From Eledone cirrhosa (lineage: Eukaryota): 64,000 bases of DNA. The notes beneath the pieces were generated by a model. It was given only the letters and a program-made list of their open reading frames with translations, did no database searches and was not told the DNA's origin. Shown piece by piece: positions 26,401 through 36,804 of the stretch (positions are counted from its first letter, which is position 1; every line of letters starts with the position of its first letter). The position numbers were made by a program, and so were the translations under genes. The stretch covers positions 355,260,001 through 355,324,000 of the forward strand of contig OZ024741.1 in assembly GCA_964016885.1 (NCBI GenBank), written 5' to 3'.

Positions 26401-29400
26401 AGATGGTTAATAACTTTGTGGGTGTTTACCAAGTCCATTGCCAGACGACGGAGCTTCAATGAATCCATGCCCATTCTGAAAAATTATAATTTTATTAACG
26501 ACTCATCTTAAACATTTAGGCATTTATTTTTTTGTTTTTGTCAATTGATTTTTGTTGTTGATATTGTTGCACCAGTTACCTGATGTTTTGCTTCGCCACT
26601 TTCTATCAATATTTCTAGTACGAGACTCTAAAGAAACATGGAATCACACACATAGTCTGTATTCGACAAGATGTGGAAGCTCGTTTTATCCGTCCAAATT
26701 TCCTGCAGCATTTTGTGTGGGTATTTTCTTAAAAAAAAAAGAAAGTATGTATGTATGCCTGTACATATGTGAGTGTCTATTAAGTATAACAACTGTTCAA
26801 CCAATTCCAATATGCAAAGGGACGTAAAACTGATGACAATGATGGTGATATATACATCTATATATATATTAAAGGTGTATGTGAAAACATATAAACATAT
26901 ATAATCCGGTACATACAATCAACACATATATTTATTTATTTTATATATATATATATATATAATCATCATCATCATCATCATCGATTTTACATCTGTTTTT
27001 CCACACTTCCATGGGGTTTGTTAACAAAGTTATCATAAGAAGGATCTGAATAGCCCCAGTTGGTCCATTACTCACTCAGTGAGACAAATTTGAATGTAAG
27101 AATGTACAAAACAATATATACATTAATCATAATGGAAATGGTGGCACATGGGTAATGATAATTGCATATCATAAATTCACGGACTATTAATAGTTTCTGT
27201 GAATAAGGACTGATCAATCAATTACAGGTGCACCTGTTATTCACTGTGGTTATGTATGCTACAGTTATTGCACAACCTATTCCATAACATACACTCATCT
27301 ATACATATATATACACACACACACACACGCATATATACACATACATACATCATCATCATCACCATTTAATGTCTATTTTTCCACGCTAGCATGGGTTAAA
27401 TGAGTTGTCCTGATGTGAGATAGACCAGGTCAGCTGACCATGTCTTGCTCATACAGAACTTATTTTGGCTTGGGTTTCTACAGCTGGATGCCCTTCCTAA
27501 TGCCAACCACATTAACAGTGAGTATTGGGTGCTTTTTGTCATGGCACCTACATGATCTGAGTTCAAATCCCGCCGAGGTTAACTTTCATCCTTACGGGGT
27601 CGATAAAATAAAGTACCAGTAATACACTGGGTAATTGCTGGCCTTGTGCCAAAAAGTAGAAACAATTATCATCATTATCGTTTAACATCCATTTTCCACG
27701 CTAGCATGGTATATATATATATATATATAAATAAATATATATATATATGATGATGATATATGTTATTGTTAGTTTAATGTCAGTTTTTCAGTGAATTGGC
27801 AGTTGTTAAAATGTCAGAGAGAATGTTTTGCAGTATTTGTTCATCTTTTGAAGGTTGATATAAAAAGGTACCACTCTAGCACTGTGGTTGATTCTTCCTC
27901 TATGTCTCTTTCTCACTTCCTCTCTCTCTTACTTTCCCCCTCTCTCTGTTTCTGAAAGAAATTAACTGTGTTCATTCCTGGAGTGGGATGTGTTTCACCA
28001 GGTTTAAAAGGCCTAAGACATGTCATATGTCACTATAGTGCGCCTACAACTCCATGAGAAGTTATGGGTCCATAAATACATTTTTGATACTGGCATGAGC
28101 TGAATGGGTCTCATCAGCTGCCGTGTTTGCCATCATCTAGCACACACAGCAACTGATAAATCTGACCAACTTTGTGTACATCTTACATTGTGGACTGGTT
28201 ACATTATATCTAAGAAATTATTATCATTATTATAGCTGGTGAATTGGCAGTATCGATAGCGTTGGACAACATGCTTTATGGAAAAAGTTACGACCCTTTA
28301 CGTTCTGAGTTCAAATCCTGCCGAGGTTAGCTTTGCCTTTCATCCGTATGGAGTTGATAAACTAAAGCACCAGTAGTGTACTGGGGTCGATTTAATTGAC
28401 TTTCCCCTCCTCTTAAATTGTTAGCCTTGTGCCTATAGTAGAAACCATTATTATAGCTAGGTTCAGGATTGGCAGTATTGGTAGAACATTGGACTAAATG
28501 ATCTGCAGTATTTAGGTTCTGAGTTCAAATCCTGTCAAGGTCAACTTTACCTTTTATACTTCTTGGATCAATGAAATATAGTACCACTTAAGTACTGGGG
28601 TTGATACAATCGACTTTCTTTTTCCCAAAATTGTTGACCTTATGCCTAAATCAGAAACCACCATCATTATTATTATCATTATGGTTTGTTAAGGCAGTGG
28701 ATTGACAGTATCGGTAGCATAACTCTATGCTTTGCAGCATAGAGTTACGGCCCATAATGGCTGAGTTCAAATCCCACCGATGTTAACTTTGCCCTTCACC
28801 CTTACGGGGTTGATAAAATAAAGTACCAGTCACGCACTGGGGTCGATTTAATCGACTTTCCCCTTCCCCAAAATTGCTGGCCTTGTGCCTATATAAGGAA
28901 CCATTATTATAGTTTGGTGATCTTTTATGTTCTAAGGTTCTAAGTTCAAACTTTACTAAGGTCAACTTTCATTTTCAGTCTTCCGAAGTTGATAAAATAA
29001 AATACCTTTGGAATGCAGGTGTCAGTATAATCAACTTTCCTCTTCACCTAAATTGCTGACCTTGTGCCAATGCTAGAAAGAATTATTATTATGACCTGTT
29101 TGTAAGCTTCTATGTTCTGATGTCAACTTTGCCTTTCGTTCTTGTGGGGGTTGATAAAATAAGGTATTATTTATGTACTGGGGTTGATATAATCACTTTC
29201 TCCTCCCCTCAAATTGCAGAACTTGTACTAAAATTAAAAATTATTATTAGGGTGGTGGATTGGCAGTATTGGTAGCATAGCGTTGTGGCCCTTTACGTTT
29301 TGAGTTCAAATCCTGCCGATGTTAGCTTTGCCTTTCATCCTTAAGGAGTCGATAAAACAAAGTACAAGTAATGCACTGGGGTCAATTTAATCAACTTTCC

Positions 29401-32400
29401 TCTTCCCCAAAATTGTTGGCCTTGTGCCTAAATCAGAAACCATTATTATTATTACCAAATTAAAACAACACAACAAACTTGTTTTTTTATGCCACGGGAT
29501 TGTCTAAAGTCATAACTAATCAAGTTGCTTTGTATGTAGGTCCACTGTTTGTATAAAGGTGCTAGTTTACATTCAAAATCAGCACTATATATGTATTCCT
29601 GAGAAGGCACTCTCAGTTGGACCATATAGGTAGCTGTATTTAGATGGAACTATAGTTGTTAGGGTGTTAGTCTCATGATTGTAAGCTTGTGGGTTTGATA
29701 CTCAAATCAGGTGGTACATTGTATCCTTGGGAAAGGCATTTATTTTCAGGTTTCTCTCAGTTGAAAACGAGTACTAGGTCAAATTTGGGTGAACCAGTTT
29801 CTCAGGATGATCTCTAGTCTGATGACCCTCTAGAGTTGAAATAACCTTTAACCCTTTTGATACCAACCCAACTAAAACTAGCTCTTTTAAAATACTTAAA
29901 TTTTAACTAAATCCGTCCATCTTAAATTTTATCTCAGAATATTTTGTTATGGAATGTTCCAAACACCAATTTACTAAGATTTACTAAATCCTTCTAAATT
30001 ATCATGCCTATACTAGAAATCATTATTAGGGCTTGTCTTCTTATGGTCAGTGATGAAACCGATATCTTGTACCCATCCAAGTGCAATTATCCAATTTCTG
30101 TATTATATAGCATTATATATTAATATAACATTATCATGTTGATTGTTATTTTTTAATCATATTTTATGTTTTTTTACAGATATTTACTGCTTAATATTGC
30201 TGATAAACCAACAGAAAATATTATTCAACATTTTAAAAAGGTATTAGGAAACTGGTTTCTTTTCATCCTCATTTCATCATTATTATATTCCATGCTGGCA
30301 TTGGTTGGATGGGACTTTTTAAGGCAGTGTTTTACAGCTGGATGCCCTTCTTGACACCAACCTCTTTAGTCACTTCTAACAACAGGCAGGGATCTGGTGA
30401 AAACCAGATGTTCATTTTTAGTGTTGTGTGGTGATTGTTATTGTTCTTTAGTCTTCTGTTCAGCAATGATCAAACTAGAATTAAAATCAAAGGGATTCCA
30501 GAAGTGACCATTTTTTAAAAATATTTTTCTTTATATGCATAGTGTAAGTGTGATAAAATAAAGCCAATCAAGTTTGGGGGCAAATTAACCAACTAACCCC
30601 TCCCTGGGGTGCTTCAGGTTTGGTGGGGGGCCCTCATACACAAACAATTAGAAATACACAACAAATTTTATATATCAAAGTTGGCTTAACACAAGTAATT
30701 TGAATTGAAAAGTTATACATACAGGTATTAAATTCAAACTATCTAACCCTCCTCATTTTATAACCACTTTCCACACTGACATGTTAGATGGGTTGTCACA
30801 CTTCGAGACCAGACATATCGGATCGACCTCATCTTGCTCATACATTACATATTTGGCATGGTTTCTATGGCTGGATACCCTTCCTAACATAACCACTTTA
30901 GAGTTTTTGCGATACCAGCAAATATTTGTTATGAGAATATTTTTCTGATAACAATCTGATGTCTCTAAAGTTGAGAAAATTTGATGAATTTTTTGTCACA
31001 TTTAAATACTTTTTGTTAAAAATATAGTTCTTGCTGTCGAAGGGATAAAACTAAAAGCCCAACAAAGGGCACGAATACATTGCTGTAGCCGTTGCTTCCC
31101 CCCTCCCCCCGTGCTGTGGGTGCCTGGAGCAATTGCTCTGTTTGCTCCCATTAAATCCATCCCTGTGCCCATGACCTTTTTTCAGGGTTCCTGAGACTTG
31201 TGGGAGGAAGGGATGAATGTCTGAATGCTTGCAATAAAGATGACTCTGCTAAAGGTACCCAAAGGCCAGGTGGTGATGTTAAATAGGACGACAGATTAAG
31301 CCCATCACCTGTTTATAGAAATCTGTTATTTATTTATTTTTTTTAATATTTCCAGAGTAACTTTTGTGGCATAGTGATATGAAGCAGCTTTGTCTTGATA
31401 CTTATGTGGTATAGGGAGATATAAAGTAATTGAGTTGTTCTTTGTAATTTCAAGCTTTATACAGTTACAATTTTTAATACAAAAAGTTTGCAAGCTGAAA
31501 TATATTTGGTTGATATGAGGAAGAGGTGAACGTTTCAAGCAGGATCTTTTATTGGAGAAATGTTAGACATTTTTTCTTCCTTGTGGGAAAATAATTAGAT
31601 TCATTTTGTGAAGTTTATCATCATCGTCTATTTGATGTCTGTTTTAACTTCAAGCAATGATTGGATCAACTGTCAGTACATAATCAAAGCCACAGACCTC
31701 TCAAATGGGCTGGGGACCTGCTTCTCACTTACCTAGATTTCCACACGACAGAGAACACTGGATGCATTTTCTTGTGGCATCAGCTGAAGAATCTTCCGAA
31801 TCATTTGTTTGGCAGATTTTCGAAGGCTAGATGTCCTTCCTATCACCAACCACTTTACAGAGTGTAGGTCACCAACACTAGAAAAGTTGTTATGCACATG
31901 ATACAACTGAAGATACTTCTCTCCTTTTTCTTGGCATGGTTTCTACAGGTGGATCCCTTCTCGTCACCAATGTACTGGGTGTATTTTTCATGGCACTGCC
32001 AGTAGAGAGCTTGCCTTATCATGACTGGAGAGTCTTAACACTTTTTGGCATAGTTCCCCAATACATACCATCACTAAGTTTCTCAGATTCTGCTGTTTCA
32101 CTTCAGTATTCTTACTAATTCCTTCCATATTTTTCACAGGTGAAAGACTTTCTAGATGACTGCTTTCGACAAGGTGGCCGAGCTCTTGTGCATGGAAATG
32201 CTGGCATATCAAGAAGGTAAGCCTATGTTACATGTACTTGGGGAAGACTCTTTTGGGTTGAGGGTGCTGTTGTATTCCATCTCTAAATGCAGGAGTCGAT
32301 GTCTCTTCTCAGGCAGTGTAGGTTATTTTGCCTCTTTTACAGCGACACTAAAGCTACCTGGAGCTCACCTACCAATGAAACATATTTTGTGACTCTGAGC

Positions 32401-34986
32401 CATATATCTTTATCAACTTTATCTTATTGAATAAACATTCTTCACTGTATTAGATATATCACTTGCCTTCTCTCTCAAGCCTGATATAGTGGTGCACTTT
32501 CTCAAGAGACTGATAATTTCTATGAAAAATATATTCTCTTCTTTACAGCTAGTTAAATGTTTAATATCAATATCATCATCATTTAACATCTGTTCTTCCT
32601 GCTAGCAAGGGTTGAACAGGTACATATTTTTGTAAACAATCTGACACACTAAATACTTTCCTGTTACCTGTGAAAATCTGGTGTCTTATTGAAGCAGTGA
32701 TTTCATCTGTAAATCATTCAACATTACTAAGTATAACATTGAGCAAATATATATATACACACACGTACACACATCAGCATCATCGTCGTTTTTATGTCGA
32801 CCTTTCCCTGCTGGCCTGGGTTGGACAAGATATTTTGAAGCAATGTTTCACAGATAGATTATTTTCCAGACATCAACCCTTTTAGAAAGCCAATAAATTT
32901 GTCAAAACATCAAAGTAAACAGTCACTATTAATAACAAATATATAATTTTAATATTTTCTTACTTACATTGACTTTATGTATGTTCGTGTGTTTATATAT
33001 ATATATATATATATTGTATGCCTGTGAATTTTGGACAATAACAGCAGACTAGGAAAGAAGAATACAGGTTATGGAGATGAGATGCTTCAGAAATCTCCTT
33101 GGCATCACTTACAGAGATTGCATCTCCAATGAGGAGGTACAAAACAGAATTTGGCAAGCTATCAGGCCCTATGAAGACCTGCTGACCATTGTAAAAAGAC
33201 ACAAATTGGGATGGTACGTGCACATGACAAGATCTTCAGGGCTTGCCAAGACAGTCCTGCAGGGAACAGTGCAAGGAGGGAGGAAGAGAGGCAGACAAAG
33301 AAAGAGATGGGAGGATAACATCCTGGAATGTACAGGCATAAGGTTGGGTGCAGCCATGAAGAAGGTGGAGTGGCGAGAAGAATAGAAGGAGCTGGTTGCC
33401 AGGTCATCTGTAGTGCCCCAATGGTCCACCAGACTATGGGACAGATGAGATATATCTGGAGAGTATATTCCAGGAGTGCATTGAAGCATGGCAGAGAAGG
33501 ATGGGAAAATGCGTTAGACTCAAGGGGGATTATTATTGTGGCACATAAATAACACCTTTAAAGGGTGAACTGGGCATTCTTTCCTGTCACCAACATGATC
33601 ATCTTACTGTGTGGACTTGCACTTTTTGTCGTGCCACCACCACAACCACCTTACAGTGTGGATTGGCTGCGTTTGTTGTTGCGGCACTGGATCAGCATAC
33701 AGGATGGACTATATATATATGGCTGTGTGTACTCAATTTAGACTAGGTACATCATCATATCCCAGCATGCTGTTAGAAGTGACTAAAAGGGTTGGTGTCA
33801 GGAAGTGCTTCCAGCTGTAAAACATTGTCACACAAAGTTCTGTCCAGCTCATGCCAGTATGGAAAAGTTGACATAAAAATGGTGATATTATATTGGTTAA
33901 GATTATAAATAATCAAGGTGTAAACCACAGTTAGCTCTTGATAAAGCACTTGAATTGTTCTGTTTCATTCAGCCTACTGATCTGATCATGTGCCTCTTCC
34001 TTGATTGTAGCTGAAAATATTGTTCTATCACTGGGGCATACAATATTCAAATGAGTGGGATGCATACTAAGACAGATGTTACACAATAAACAAATGTTAC
34101 GCTATATATATATATATATATATATATACATACATACACACACACACAGTGTACCCCTGGCAGTCGCGGAATTTTCCTTAGAACCTAACTAATAATTGTT
34201 CATGGAAACCAGTGCATATTTGCGGAATCGTAAATATCTTCCGCAATTTTTTAAAGGCTTTTTTTAATGTTAAATTATTAACAACAATATACCGTATTTG
34301 CCAGCCTATTGGATGCCCTTTCGTATAAGATGCTCTTGCTTTTTTAAAATTATATTTTATGTTATATTTTGACGTTTATAGGCATTTTTATGGACCACGT
34401 CCATTATTTGCAGTTTTTCACTCTTCATGGGTGCTCTAGGAACATAACCCCTGCAAATACCAGGGGGACTACTGTATATATATATATATATATACACATA
34501 TACTCTTTGATTTTGTATTTGTTTTGCAAGGTTTCTTATCTGAAAACGTGTGTTGAAACGGATATTGTTATACTTTGGGAAGGTCATGCTGCCACTAAAA
34601 AACCACACACACACCTGCTGCTTTTCACTTCAATTTATTATAAATTTCTGGTTGGTTGATTTGATAACCGGGTGGTTGATTATTTATTGTCTTTAGTCAC
34701 GAAAGAGCTTTGATAATAAATAAACAACCACCCGGTTATCAAATCAACCAACCGGAAATTTGTAATAAATTTAAGTAAAAACCAGAAGGTGCGTGTGGTG
34801 CTTTATGGTAGTATGACCTTCCTCAAGTATAACAGTATATATATATATACACATATATGCATACATATTTATTTACTTTTATTTTTTCCATATCAGTGCT
34901 GCCATGGTAATAGCATTCATAATGGAAAGATATAGTCTGTCATATCGGTAAGTAACAAATATTACTGGTCTCCTAATATTTTTTAA

Positions 34987-35067
<81 letters not shown>

Positions 35068-36758
35068 CGTGCGTATGTGTTTGAATATTATAAATTGTTT
35101 CTAGCTTAAACATTACCAAATTTTTTTTGTTAAATTTAACAGTAGGGTGTAAATACACATGATATGCTTCATTGTATCGGAGCTATGGTCTCTCAGTTCA
35201 GAGAAGTAACAGCTCTACCTGGATTGACTCTTTGATCTCCGAGCTATGCACTCTATTGAGTAATGTTACTCCAAAGACTCTTTGGAGGAGCCCCATTTCT
35301 GCTGCTTGTATTCACAATCGTATTCTTTTGGTCATTACCCAAGATTCATGACTTTAGGTAAGAGTTGGCACGAATACCAAATTGCAGATAGCAAGTTTGG
35401 CCTTTAAAACTTACTTTCCTTTAAAAAGCTCAAATGTGGCAAGGCCACTGGGAAGAATGAAATTTGGCCGAGATGTTAAAAGCCTTAAATAGAGAAGGTA
35501 TTCTCTAGCTGACTCATGTGTCCCAGGTGGCCTGGCAATTGGGAGTGATAATCCCAATTTTCAAGAAGGAAGACAAGAGCGATTGTTCCAATTATAAAGG
35601 GATCTCCTTGTGAAGCCTCCCTGATAAAGTCTTTACTAAGTGTATGGCAAAGAGATGTAGGGAGATTGTCGAATCCAAGCTAGCTGATGAACAATGTGGT
35701 TTTTGCCCTGGACACAGCACAGCTGACCAAATATTCACACTGCGGCAGGTCTTTATGAAATCGTGGGTGTACTGCCAAGAGGTGTATTCTTGCTTTGTAG
35801 ACCTTCAAAAGGTCATTGATTAGCTTCTTGTTACCCTGATGTCTCTATACGAATGCCCGAATATTTGTGTTTGGATCAATGGTGCTAAATCAAAATCATT
35901 CAATGTGGGAGTCAGACTCCACCAAGGGTGCGTACTGTCACCTCTGCTATTCATTATTTTCACAAACAGGATTGACATGTGCAACTGGGTTGGAAGTAGT
36001 ACCATGACTGGCAGGTGAAGAATCAGTTTGTTGGAATTTGCAGACGACATGGTATTACTTAACTCGTCATGGTATTACTTAACTCGACATGCATTTGATA
36101 GGTTTGATGCCATGTGCTGTGTCCTCTCAAGGAAGCCTGTGCAGTGCACTCTACATATGAATGGAGTTCCACTGAAGCAGGTGGAGAAGTTCAAGTATCT
36201 CGGGGCCGTGTTCAAGAGTGATGGAAGGCAGGAGCTAGTGCAGTAATACGCCAGCTTCAGCATTTGGTAATCAAACCATAGTTAAAAGACATAAAAAAAT
36301 AGGAGACAAATCACTCTTTGAAGCAGATGTTGAAAAGTGTTTGATCTCCATAAATCCATGTGATAAACTATTTGATTAATACTTGAATTACAGAGCAGGA
36401 TTAAGTCTTTTTGAGGCCCTAATCACTTAAAAGATTATGGTGCTTCACTTCCTCATATACTCTCTGGTCTCCAATAATCGCCACTGCCCACTTATTAATT
36501 TTCCATGTTTGGAATTTATATGTGACTCTTACAATGCCCCAACTGTCTTTCTTTTCAGTCAAGCCTCCTCCCATGTACAGCTAAGACGGTTTTGTATAAA
36601 TCCAAATGAAGGTTTTGTACGACAGCTAATGGTAAGTAACTAAGTAACTGACAGATGAATCTGCCTCTCTCTCCTCTTTCCCCCTCCCTCTCCCTCTTTC
36701 TCTAATTTGTTTCCCTTTTAGCATCATGGTCATCATCTTCACTATCACACTATCATTA

Positions 36759-36804
<46 letters not shown>

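Noticed and set aside
28234-28330. tRNA genes
   Set aside because: A/B boxes belong to SINE heads; no complete cloverleaf is evident.
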